From Takakia lepidozioides (taxonomy: Eukaryota; Plantae; Bryophyta): a DNA stretch of 64,000 nt. Below, piece by piece: positions 40,031 through 52,700 of the stretch (positions are counted from its first letter, which is position 1; every line of letters begins with the position of its first letter). The translations under genes and the position numbers were made by a program. The notes beneath the pieces are model-generated. The model was not told the origin of the DNA. It was given only the letters and a program-made list of their open reading frames with translations, and did no database searches. Location: positions 76,756,001-76,820,000 of the forward strand of contig CM060732.1 in assembly GCA_030704615.1 (NCBI GenBank), given 5' to 3'.

Positions 40031-41283
40031 GCCATGGCACTCGCCGATCTCCTCAGACCCCCTTTGCTCTTTTTTTTTTTCTCGTGTTGCTTGCTGTTGT
40101 TTGTTGTTTGACTGTTTAGAACCAACAGACTCGGCGGTTGTGAAGAATCCCTTTGCATGACTTCATGGACTCTCTGGCAACGTCAGAGTCCATCGTTTCA
40201 AGCCACAGCCTCTTTTGTTCATATGCTTCTACTATTTTTGCTTTATTGTTCGCCTATTCGTGGGACTGTTTGAGTGCGGGGAAGTGAGTTACATTGAGTT
40301 TACAGTGCAGACTTGAATGGAAGTATTTAGGTCTTTGCTAACAAGTACAACTCATTTAGCGAACAGCAATTGAGAATCGGCCTTTCCCTTGTCACACTGT
40401 CTTGTTCGAGGCTTGTCCTCCATATAGCATGTGTGGAATGGCATTGCAAAAATAGCGGAAGCATATGTGCATGGCTGGCTGTATAAAATTCCGATTTCCT
40501 CCCGAGTTCCGTCTCTTGGATGTTGTTTGCAGGTGGACCCATCGATGCAGGACGAAATGGGCATGTGTGGCGGAATTTTTTGTGCAACGAACCAGTGGAC
40601 CTTCCAAGTGTTACCATGACAGTGCGGGATGCAGAGACCCAGCCGGGGGACCATTGAAATGGTGAAACGGGTGGGGACACTACAGACAGAGGGCAGACCA
40701 GATGGGCAGACCAGGAGAAGAGAAGAGTGCACCATGCCAGTCCAGACGAGAAGACCGAACCAACAGACCAGCCTGGAGAACTCTGGTCAGACCCCGACGG
40801 CAGACCGAGTGCAGACAATCTTTGCCTCACGAATGCGACAGACCAGTGCCACAGACCCTTTTGGCAGACCCTTTTGGTGGAGACTTAGGGCAGACCATGA
40901 AAGTCCTTGGTGGCGGCCATTATTGTGCCTCCGGGACGTTTGATGTTTCGACGGCAGTCCAATGGCTGACGTGCATGGCCTTGGCGGTCGCACGCGTGCT
41001 CCTGTCACGCTTAGCAGTGAGCCGTTACGTTGGGGTCCTCGCCTCTTCCTCCTCTTGCGTCTTTCGCGTCTCTCCACTTTGCGACTGCACGGTGTGTTGC
41101 GCTTCGCGGTTTCTGCCTCTTCGACTCGACGATTCGGCCGCGTGCCCGTTGTCGTTCGAAGTGCAAAGGTATCAACTTCACCAGACTTCTTCACCGCCAG
41201 ACCTTCATTTCCTTTTTTGCTTGCTCTTCTTCATTTGCATTTAGCAGACCGTCTCTGACACAATTCCTCCTTAGGTTGCAACC

Positions 41284-44200
41284 ATGGAAGAAGCTTGCCC
41301 AAAGGCCAGAGCCGATTGGGTGGAATATGTGCATGCCCCTCGCCACAAAGCCAAGAGAAGGTACTGGTATGAGCCAAGTGAGTACGATGCTAAAATAGTA
41401 GAAGCATTTTTAGACTTGCGCATAGCGAAGGAGAGAGAGAATTGGCCAAAGGATTGGTTTCAGTGCCCCTTTTGCCCCGATATTGTCAAGGACAAAGAGA
41501 CTCTAAACCGCCATGCCCTTGACGGAGGATGCAAAGGTATGGTCCTTGAGAACTTCAAGCCTTGGCCCAAGCCAAGTTCGTCTAAGGCTGCAAAAGAAAT
41601 CACTGCAAAGTGTAGGGGTGCGCATGCCGTCGCTCGGTCTGCTGAGGAAGTGCGGCAACGTTATTACACTGAAGCCGGCCTGTTGAGCCCTGGCCTCGTT
41701 GTGCCAGTGAAGAAAAGAAAGCTCAGTGATGGAGCTAAAAAAAATGTAGACCGCAAAAGTCACAGATCTGGCAGTACCAGTACTGGCAGACCACGGGATA
41801 TGAGAGTGAGTAGCAAAGAATTGCAACCAGGTCAGTCCCAGCAGACCAACACCAGCAGACCACAGGCTGCCGTTTCAACTTTGTCGTCCAGTGGGGATGA
41901 CTCAAGTGAGGAAGACTCTCATGAAGAGGAGGATCATGTTCAGGACATGTCGACGGAGCGGCCGGGACTACTTGTGAGACCGTACTTGGTGAACGACCCC
42001 ATTGGGTATGCCCCGCCGGTACATGACATAACCCTTGACTCGGACATCCCCATGGAGGAATCACACCCTCAAACAGACCCATGACGCCCACCACATATCA
42101 GACCTAACAAGCAGACCAAGAAACAGCAGACCCTGACTGACGCTCATGGAGATGTAACGGGCACTCCTGTCCGCCCTGACACATTGTACCTGCTTCCCCA
42201 CGGTCTTCTGCCAGACCAGTACCCAGATGAATCAGATCCGGATTTTTTCCCTTTTTTGTATGCTTATGTGAGATCAGGGCAAATACAGCAGACCATTGAC
42301 ACAGTCGAGAAGAAGTGGGTGGAGGCACGATCACACCCAAGGGATGAAGACTACAACGGCCTCCAGGTACTTGAACCACTCTTTATGCCGTCCTACCGTA
42401 TTTGCGTCTTTCGATTTCCTGGTTGCAATTAATGATATGCTATGCTGGGTGTTGTACGTGTGGCCCACTGTTGTCGGTCTACTGTTCTGGGTCTGCTATT
42501 CTGTACATGGTACTGCATTACTTGTTCTGGCTGTGGTCTGCTCTATAGGAACCGTGCGACTACTTTCCCTTGTTGCAAATCATAGTGTTTTTATTATTAT
42601 TATTATATATGTGATCTGCTGCGAACCGTCTATTGTTTTGGGTCTGCTTTGCGCAACATGGTACTGCAGTTGCTTTGAAAGGCGCATTGCTGCCGTGGCT
42701 ATGGTCTACTGCAGGGATCCACGGCTATTGTCTACTACTATGCTCTACTGGTCTACTGTAATGGCCTACTGGTGTATGGTCTACTGGCCCAATCTACTAG
42801 TCTATGGTCTACTGCTCTATGGTCTACTGGTCTAATGTGAAGGCCAATATTGCTGTTTGTTTTCAGGAGGCAAATGCGCAAGACAATCGAGTGTACAGGG
42901 CTTTGCAAATCTGGAAGTACAGGTTGAACGGTCCTCCCTTGGAAAATACACTTGTCCGGAATGAGGTCCGTGATATTCGTGACTACATCCTGAGTCTGTA
43001 TCCACAGTCGGCTGATGCCATTGCATCAATTCAGGATGGTATCACTGGCCGCGCAGCAGGCCTCCCTCCGTCTGCTTTGAAGGCTTTTGACAGCGCCGGT
43101 CAGACTAGCAGACCCGGCTCAGTGGACCTTTCTTCCGTGACCCGTCCTCCGGCGGACCTTCGTACCTCTTCAGTAGACCCTCAGCAGACCACATTGCGTG
43201 GTCGAAATGTTTTCCCATTTGGCAGACCATGGCGTCCTACACAGCGGTCTGCAATTGATGAGGAGGACCCCACTCTTCCGAAGTTTCGTTGTGGGGAAAG
43301 CAATCGGCATCTGGACTGGTACAATGAGCTTCACCGCATCGTCGCCTCCCGGTGGACCTTTGCTCCGCAGCACTGCTCAATGGAGGCGACTCGTGTTTTG
43401 GACAAAGCCCGTGAGTATGGAGTGGCGCTTCTGGCAGAGGAGACCGAGCCACCGCTTATTGCGCAGCTTTTTCTCATGCACGACCCACGCCCACTGGAGA
43501 TAAGGCACATGGCCATCGCCCACCCAATATTTGGTGTTCGTCCGAAGCACTTAGCGAGCTTGACAGATACTGCTTTTGAGGAGATGACAGATTGTTTCCT
43601 CCGCCGTCAATGGATGCAATTTGGCAATTTCAGGTCTTACACCAAATTAAAAAAAAACCTTCACAACCTGCAGATGGACCTGCTGCACGGAAGCGAAGAG
43701 GCTCGGGAAAGTATCACACAAGACGCCATGATGTGGTTTGTGACTGTGCAGGAGCGTGCGGTTTTCGACATTGCATTCAACAAACGACATGCTTTCCAAA
43801 TGCTCTGGAGCGGGTTTCCAGCAAAGGACCGTGTTGCAGCTCTGGGAGAGCTTGACGAGGCCTTCATGGATCGGCTTATGAAAGATATTGGGCTGTGGAC
43901 CTAGATCATGGTATGTCATCAAACCTAACAGACCTTTTACACCGACCTTTTCAACAAACCTTTTACACAAACCTTTTGAACAGACCTTTTAAATAGACCT
44001 TGACGTTGACCATGAACGAAGACCTTCTAGCAGACTTTATGAACCATGACAACCAACAGAGCCCCATGTGAATAATACCCCCATGTATTCTTCCGTTTGT
44101 TAGCCGACCAGGGATGAGTGCTTTGTTTTTGACGTGTTTGTGACATGTTGCAGAGTATGATCCAGAGGACGAGCTTGTTCGGAATGCTCTTGACCAATAC

Positions 44201-44817
44201 GCCAATGGCGCAAGGCAGCTTCTACGAGCCCTCCGTGGCCATACTGGAGTCGAGTCACCCGTTAAGTGTAGGCTCATTGGAATTCGTACAACAGCAGACA
44301 CACAGAACCCAACTCCCATGGAGACCCAGGAGACCCGCAGCAAGCAGACTGTGGAGCGAGCAGACCCTTCCCAGCCAAATCCCAAGTACCGACATGCCAA
44401 CCAGCAGACTCCCGACTGGATTACGGAGAACAAGGAACAGCAGACCCCCGACTGGATTGCCAGTGATCCCAAGCCAGAGAATGTGGGTGACAAAAACTTT
44501 TCGTTGCCAAAACAGACTTTCGTGGAGGCATTGCACACCTTACCCGAAATTACCGGGGAGACCTTGGTTATGCAGACCTTTGCAGATAACAACTTCCAGA
44601 TCGGACATGGGCAGACCTTTCCAGATCAGCGGGCACCCATCACCTTGGCAAAGCAGACCGCTGCAGTGGAAATCAGACCTGAGCAGACCAGTGCAGACCT
44701 GACAAGACCAGACACGACCAGACCACACCAAATCAGACCAGACCACCCCACACCAGACAAGACAAGAGCAGACCACAGAAGACCAAACCACAGCAGACCA
44801 TACCACAGCGGACCAGC
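41284..44817 (+). CDS. Multi-exon cargo gene of unknown function with an N-terminal C2HC-type Zn-finger motif, probably damaged
   Basis: CPFCPD...LNRHALDGGC motif. Coding-like blocks at 41284-42084, ~42180-42366, 42867-43904 and ~44154-44817 with GT-AG sites. Stops/frameshifts occur between blocks, and the 3' end is cut by the inner element. Confidence 0.55.
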
Positions 44818-45209
44818 GAGCGTAGCTACGGCGTGAGCCCAGCCCCGTGAGCCTGGGAGCTGAGCTCACGTTCAAGCTACAAAGCGTGAGCGGCACGAAT
44901 CTGCTGGAGAAGAAGGTCCTATAGGCGAGGATTGCAGGAAGAGGGCCTATTACCGTGGACAAAACAAAGGGGGCCAACACACACCATGTGTGCAATGCCC
45001 GCTCAAAAACAGAAATATGAAAACATGGCAGATTTGAACTCAGAATGATTGTCACAGTTTATTTCAATTCACAGATAGACGCTTTACAATGAATTGCATG
45101 TGCATTTGCCCTGGTTCCGTAAACAAAATCCATATGTTTGTCAGAAATGCAAAGTCTTCACACGGCAACCTGCAAACCAGCATGGGCAGCGGGCATGGCT
45201 CGTATGTGT

Positions 45210-48200
45210 TCAAAGAGAAGTTGGCGGAGCTCCACGCGAGGTGTCCCGCTGTAGAAGGGTGTTCACTTCTCCATAGCCTAGTGTGGCTTGGTGGATGAAT
45301 TGGTCTCTCTTACCGTCGCAACACATAATCACAAGGTATATGTAATATTGATGCTTGCAGGGGACCCACTTCCCCCTCATGCCGAGAGCGCCCTCACGCA
45401 TCGTTACAAAGTCCGGACAAGTGCACGAAGGGAAATTCCCGACGGTAACCTGATATTCTTTGCCATGAAGAACTGACCCAATTGACAGCACTGTGTAAAT
45501 CCGTCCATACCCCGGAGAAGGGACTTCGGTGATACGAGACACCCGAGCCTGCAAAATTCTAGCAGATTCCATCTTGCATTCGTGATCTGCACCCGAAGCG
45601 AAACGGCGCACTGTTTTTCCATCTCTTTTTGTTGGGTGGGAGTCGGCACAGGGTGGCGGCATTGCCGGAGCATGTGGCACATCTGTGCCGACAGTGCATG
45701 AGGGCACCACTCGGGACCGTGCAAGACAGAACCCTCCCTCCTCCAGCATGCTTATCTCGGTTGATGACAGCGACGTCCCAATTTGCACAGGCCAAATTGC
45801 GGGGGGAGGGGGTTTCATTATCACCGAAGGATGAACTGTTCCCTTCACGCATCGTGCCATATCGTCTGGGCAGAACCAAAATTTGTGGTCCTTTGACTCC
45901 CCACTATGATAAGGTCGGAACAACCCTGTGAATGTTGGAGCTGGAGTCCCCCTGGAGCCTTTGCATATCTTTGATTTGCATTTCTTGAATGAGGGGGTCC
46001 GAATTGCCATGCAAGCCACTCTAGATCCTGGTGGGGTGCGTTCTATATGCCACTCACTATCAATGCAATCGGATTCCTGCACCATGGCCACCGCCTCCTC
46101 CAATGGGATTCCCGCTGTTGTGCTTGTATGTTCTGCACGTGCTCCACTGGAGGAGGACCCACCTGGGAAGGGGCGGGCACACGACTCAGTCTGCAGTGGA
46201 GACACCTTTGGCACAGAGAAATTGACCCTGTCTGGCCGATGGGAATCTCCATCTGACCCTGGAAGAGTGTTCAATTTCCTTTTGCATGATCCAAATCTTT
46301 CCTCGCCTTCCAAATGGGGGATCCTGGATTGTAGAGCGGACCCTTCAGTGCATCTGTTTAGAGCTCTGGCCATCTTTGACGGGACTCCGGACCTACTCGC
46401 ATCCCTTAGCATCAACAAAGTTGTATCAGGGCCCTTGCCGCCACCCCGTCCCATCAGAAAATTGCGGTACCTGGTTTGTTGTGTAAGTGCACGCACCATG
46501 TCATCAGCAGTGGCCACATACAAGTCACGACCTGCTTTGGTAGACTGCTGCATCCAGGCGTTGTGAACAGTCTCCGCCAAATTACAGGATGGCATGTCGG
46601 CCAAGTCCTCCAAGGACATGTCCTGCAGGAGGCATTGCATGGATATGTCAGGAACGAAAACAAATGGTAGAGGTTCTTCAAGTGACAATCGAAGAACCCC
46701 AAATGAACAGGCACGATGCAAAATTTCTGTTTTTGGGATTGAAGAGGCTTACCGTCGTCATGAAAGCTCCCCACTGTCTGTACCTGAAGTGCCAGAAAAC
46801 CAACCAGTCCTCCAACTCCTTTACGTGGGTACCTGTTGCAGCACCAGAGGAGAACCACCAAGCCCGGATTGCCTGGTAAGTGCTCTCAGCTTCTCCCATT
46901 GAGGTGGCATTCTTGTACTTGAGACAGAGCCTTCTGTGCTCCAACTGCAGGTCAGGGCGAATGCAGCGCTTTGTATGACGTGCCAGAGATTGAGTCCAAT
47001 GGAAGAGGCATGTGCGCTCCCTATTTTCCATTGGGACCTTAGGATCCCCTGAACCAAACACGCGTCGCACTGCATTGAAATTTGCCTGTGCACTATCAGC
47101 CATGAAGCCCGCAAAATTTGTGTTTTGTATTCCATTGCGCTGCATGACGGCCAAGAGCGAATTCCACATGAGCATTTGGGATTCAGTGTCCTCCGACTGC
47201 ATATCACAAATTGCTATGGAGAGCACACGCTGGTACGCCGGATCATACACATGGCACGCCATGGTTGTCCAACCCTTCACCCGTTTGCAGTGATCAAACA
47301 TTAACCAACATTTAGCCAAATCTCCTCCTGGTTGCATACGGCGGACAATGCTCACACCACTGCCTTCGCCCACAGCGGACATCTTGAACAAATACACCTT
47401 GGACGAGCCCTGGCCAGGGAAGATACTGTTTTGAATGAATTCATAGCGACTCCTCCGTTTCAGGTCCATAATGTTGTCCATGAATCCAGCAGTGCCTGTG
47501 CCCATTCTGAGTGCATTCACCTGGTTTCGAATATTGGGAGAGCTCAACACGGAGAAATGGTCCATGACTGCATTAAGCGAATCTGCATCCAGCATAAGTT
47601 CTGTCGCATCCCCTTCACCCAGTATGTGTTTCTCCAGGAATGCCTTGCTAGCTGCAAGCGCTATAGCAGAAGGTGTTGCACAAGGGGCATTGTGGAACTC
47701 CTGCTTCAGCAGATTTCTAGCGATGTCCACGCTATCCCTGCAACTTCCTTTGGACACAGGATGCTCGTGTGCACCCATATGAATGCAGGCACGAGTCATT
47801 GTCTTGCATCGGTGTGCCACCTGATACATACGAGCGTGCACACAGAAACACAGGACGGGGAAAGTTTGCAGAACCTGCACACGAAAGTATTGGTCCTGGG
47901 AGGGGCAAGCCCTGGGGTGAAAGGATTCAGGGGCACACCTTCCCACTCACTTTCGTTTGGTTGAGCGCTGTTTCTCAGGCGAGGGCAAGAAATATTCTGG
48001 CACTTACAATGCCCAACGCAGACTGACCTCCGAAATTTCAAGCCAATGTCGTTATGGATGTTCGACGTTTTTGTCCTGCACCAAGGATGTCCGTCATGTT
48101 TCTTGTCCATGCCCTGTAAAAGCCCAGCCAGTCCAGTGGAAGAGGTGGGAGGGTTGAGCTCAAACAGGATGTCCCCATCAAACTGTGCTGGCACGTATTG

Positions 48201-48784
48201 AACCCGTTGCACAGGAAGGGACTCCCAGTCAACAAAACGCAGCTCGCTCTTGCACCCAGGCACACCTGCGAGGGCTTTCAATTTTGGAATGACACTCGTT
48301 ATCTCTTGCAATTCGTCATCATCCAATGACGGAGTCTGCACTGGCGGAGGAATCTCAGAAACATCCTCCGAGGACGAGTCTGAAAGAGTCACGAAGGTAG
48401 TGGATGTGCTCACCTCTTGTTTCACAGGAACTGTGCCCTTCTGTTGCACGACCGATGCTGCAGTGCCAGGGGTAACGACCGATCCTGCTGATTGTCTTCT
48501 CTCTTTTCCAAGGACACGGTATGTGCCTGGAAGGACTCTCCACTTCCTTCCACACTTGCCAACCAATGGTTTCTCCAAGTGCCCAGAATCCAAATTCCCA
48601 TCCTCATCATACACCTCTTTTTGAACAAGGAGAGAACCCAACTCCAGCGGGAACACTGTAACCAGCTCATCCTCATGAACAACTGCAAACCCATCGTCGT
48701 CTGCAGTGGCAGTCAGTGGAAGAGTACCTGCATTGGAATGGAATCGAGCAAGTGTATCTCGCTCCCTCGACATGTTTTCCCTCA
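45210..48784 (-). CDS. MULE-family DDE transposase with N-terminal GCM-like Zn domain and C-terminal SWIM finger (one frameshift)
   Basis: GCM-like: DGHPW..TKTSN...CVGHCKCQN..C...CRFC...C...C...HMGAHEHP. DDE: MFDHCKR / FMADSAQAN / CLFHW / NLAETVH. SWIM: CTCPDF...CKH. Intron 46752-46623 (GT-AG). Frameshift near 47840. An acceptor at 48785 implies a further upstream exon. Confidence 0.82.
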
Positions 48785-49718
48785 CTGAACGAAAGTTGCG
48801 GAATCCTCGAACTGATAGCCCGCAATTACCGAAAGGGGAATTAAGACAAGCAAACCGAGGTCAACAAGGCTAGCTCCAATCCAAAGGTTGCAGGTGATGC
48901 ATGCAAAGGATGTAGGGATGAGATGCACCTTCACTTCGGAAACAGCAACGCCAAGAGGCACTAACCAGAAAAACTGTTTTCAAATACTACAAGAAGCCGT
49001 GCTGTTTATGGATGAAAACAAACACTGAAAACGACATGAAACCATCCATTATGAAAAGACGGCAACAACCCTGGAGAGTAATAAATAGGAAGACCACAAA
49101 TGTCATGAGGTTGTGCTGTGCCAGAAGAGCACAACACAAACACTGACACTGCAGAAGATACCTCGCACGAATGCGTGCCAGACATGGTCGTATCCGACAG
49201 AACCCTTTATGCCGAATGACCCCATGGCGACGGTAACGGTAAACTGCAAACCACAGGGTAGGCAGTACAACAACGTGGATGCATATGTGAAGCATAACAA
49301 TTATTGCGGATCTGCAAGAACTGCTCGAAAATGAACTAGCATTAGATTTCTACGGCACATCCGAATTTGAAAAAAGCAAGAAGGCCGCGGTGTATTGGCA
49401 GGCGGCGCAGTACATCTGACATATATCGCTAGTGCATGCAACGGATGTACTTTTTTTCTTGCGCTTTATTGCTTGGATAATACGGAGACGACGGAATGGA
49501 TGAATTCCGTTCGCACACAATAACAACACCCGCATCCAAATATGGTTGATAACGTCCAATTTCGATTTTGGTTACATGCCATAGCAGCACTTGTTACAAA
49601 CGTCAAACTGGAGAGCTCTAGAGGCATCGTGGGGAGCCCTTGTTTCCAGCGTAGGAGGAAGAGAAGGAAGTCACTATACTTCACGAGCTCTAGAAACAGG
49701 AATAGAGCCAGAGATAGA

Positions 49719-52700
49719 ATGAGGATGGAAAGAGTGGACGAAGAGGAAAAGGAGGTAGAAGAGGGAGTAGAGAAAAGTGTGGCGATGGAGGAGCAGGAAT
49801 CAGCAGAAGAACAGCAGCCCGCCATAGTTCCAAGGACAGATGAAGAGGACACCGCATCTGAGGGAGAGACAGACGAGATGGAAGAGGATGTTGAAGGTGG
49901 CCTCACGAGGAGTCTGCCTGCGGGAAAGAGGAAGGGGGAGAGGCTCACGTACACGCTCGGCGCAGAGAGCAGCCCGAAGCGCAAAGGGTCCCCGGCAATT
50001 GGGGAGTCTTCTGGAGCAGCCAAGAAAAAGGTGAAATTCTTAAGACCCACATTTCTGTTTCGTTGCTGATATGAATATAGCCCACACAGGACATCTGCAC
50101 CACGCTGAAAGCACCGCAAACTGGAAGCCCAAACAGTGTGCGGCAACGCACACTGTTTGGGCCTACCAATTTGCTTGATTGTTCAGGTGCGAAACGCCCA
50201 AACTTGGGCACTACAGCAGGTTCAACACAACCCAAATTGCAACCTCAAACAGTGTGAGTTGAGCTGAACATTTCACTGCTGTTTCCGTCTGGATATCGGT
50301 TTTCCAGGATATGTATGTCAGGACGACAGAACCCTTCAGTTGCAGCTCAAACAGTGTGCGTTGGCGCACACTGTTTCAGCTGTACATGTCACTCTTTTTT
50401 CCGATTGAAATTCGGACTTCCAGGGCAGGTTTATGATGATGAAATAACCATTCAGTGGCAGCTCAAACAGTGTGCGTTGGCGCACACTGTTTGAGCTGTA
50501 CATGTCACTGTTTTTTTGGTGTTAAATTCGGCCTTCCAGGGCAGGTTTATGAGTATGAAATAACCATTCAGTGGCAGCTCAAATAGTGTGCGTTGGCGCA
50601 CACTGTTTGAGCTGAACATGTAAGTGTTTTTTTGGTGTTAAAATTCGGCATTTAGGGCACGTTTCTGAGGATGAAATAACCATTCAGTGGCAGCTCAAAC
50701 AGTGTGCGTTGGCGCACACTTTTTGAGTTGTACATGTCACTGTTTTTTTGGTGTTAAATTCGGACTTCCAGGGCAGGTTTCTGAGTATGAAATAACCATT
50801 CAGTGGCAGCTCAAACAGTGTGCGTTGGCGCACACTGTTTGAGCTGAACATGTAAGTGTTTTTTTGGTGTTAAAATTCGGCATTTAGGGCACGTTTCTGA
50901 GGATGAAATAACCATTCAGTGGCAGCTCAAACAGTGTGCGTTGGCGCACACTGTTTGAGCTGTACATGTCACTCTTTTTTCCGATTGAAATTCGGACTTC
51001 CAGGGCAGGTTTATGATGATGAAATAACCATTCAGTGGCAGCTCAAACAGTGTGCGTTGGCGCACACTGTTTGAGCTGTACATGTCACTGTTTTTTTGGT
51101 GTTAAATTCGGACTTCCAGGGCAGGTTTATGATGATGAAATAACCATTCAGTGGCAGCTCAAACAGTGTGCGTTGGCGCACACTGTTTGAGCTGTACATG
51201 TCACTGTTTTTTTGGTGTTAAATTCGGACTTCCAGGGCAGGTTTATGATGATGAAATAACCATTCAGTGGCAGCTCAAACAGTGTGCGTTGGCGCACACT
51301 GTTTGAGCTATACATGTCACTGTTTTTTTGGTGTTAAATTCGGACTTCCAGGGCAGGTTTATGAGGATGAAATAACCATTCAGTGGCAGCTCAAACAGTG
51401 TGCGTTGGCGCACACTGTTTGAGCTCTACATTTAAGTGTTTTTCCGGTTTAAATTCGGCATTTAGGGCACGTTTATGAGGATGAAATAACCATTCAGTGG
51501 CAGTTCAAACAGTGTGCGTTGGCGCACACTGTTTGAGCTCTACATTTAAGTGTTTTTCCGGTTTAAATTCGGCATTTAAGGCACGTTTCTGAGGATGAAA
51601 TATCTTGGAGTTTACAATGAACACTTACCTGGCACAAGTAGATGTTCAATGATCATTTACATGGCAAGTTAAACAGTGTTCGTCAACGCACACCGTTTGA
51701 GCCCACTTTTACATTGTCTTTTTCTGTGGAATTCGGCAACATAGGACATGTCTGTGAGGGTCAATGTACACTTACCTGGCAGCTTAAAATAGTGTGCGTC
51801 AACGCACACTCTTTGAGCCCACTTTTTCATGCCTCAGCCGTCGTTTCATGCCTCTCTAATATCAAGTTGAATGAACAACCCTGCAGGAGAAGATGCAAAG
51901 TGTGGCAGATGAGGTCCCTTCGGGTTAGGAGAAGGAGATAATTGTTGATGTGGACGATGAGTTCTATGAAAGCAAAGCCGCTGAGATGCTGGGGGGTCAG
52001 AAGGTAAACTCTCAGCTTGTGGTGCAAAGTATGCTTGCCCCGGGTGGGAGGTTGAAGATTCCCCTGTGTAGGTTGGTTTCCATGCCTGTCGTTCGTACAC
52101 CCCTCGTCAAGGACATTCTCAAGCTGGAGGCCGAGTTTGTGCATGGGTATTTGGATGGATCCACAGTCTTTTACGTTTCTACTAGGGATTCCAAAGGTAA
52201 TGAGCTCCTCGTGGATCAGTCAATCGTGGACTCCTGGGACCCCATTTGGAGACAGCTGAACGAATCCTTCGAACTTCTTCTCTCCAGGAAACCTTCCACC
52301 CAGGCATTCTCGGGAAAGATGTTTCACGTTTGGGATGGGAACCACCGCTTGCTTGCATGGATGGCTGTCATTGGGAGGCTGCACTCACAGGAGGAAGAGT
52401 GGCATTACTCTGTTCGATCGATGGTGCTGGATTGTGACGGGAACATGATGGGTCTTCTGACGGCAATGAATGATGTGAACAGGTTGGTTTCTCATTCTAC
52501 ATGTTCCACTTGTGGTTCCGTTCTTCTTTGATTGAAGACCTTGAATTTCATTCTGACTTGCAGATATCATTCTGCAGAGGAACGGAGACATTGCATGTCA
52601 AAACGAGTTGGGTTCACACACTGTATAGGATACAAAGGATAGGGCAGATGCCCTTGACCAACTTCAAGACCATCCTTTCAGCGGAGATGTACAAGAAGTG

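Noticed and set aside
39612-40158. Overlapping Pro/Arg/Gly-rich ORFs here and at 63648-63974
   Set aside because: They are artefacts of GC-rich TIR sequence lacking stop codons, and are mirrored at both ends.
50343-51600. CRISPR array (palindromic repeats with regular spacing)
   Set aside because: The linkers are near-identical to each other rather than unique spacers, they are 76 bp long, there are no cas genes, and the context is eukaryotic with introns.
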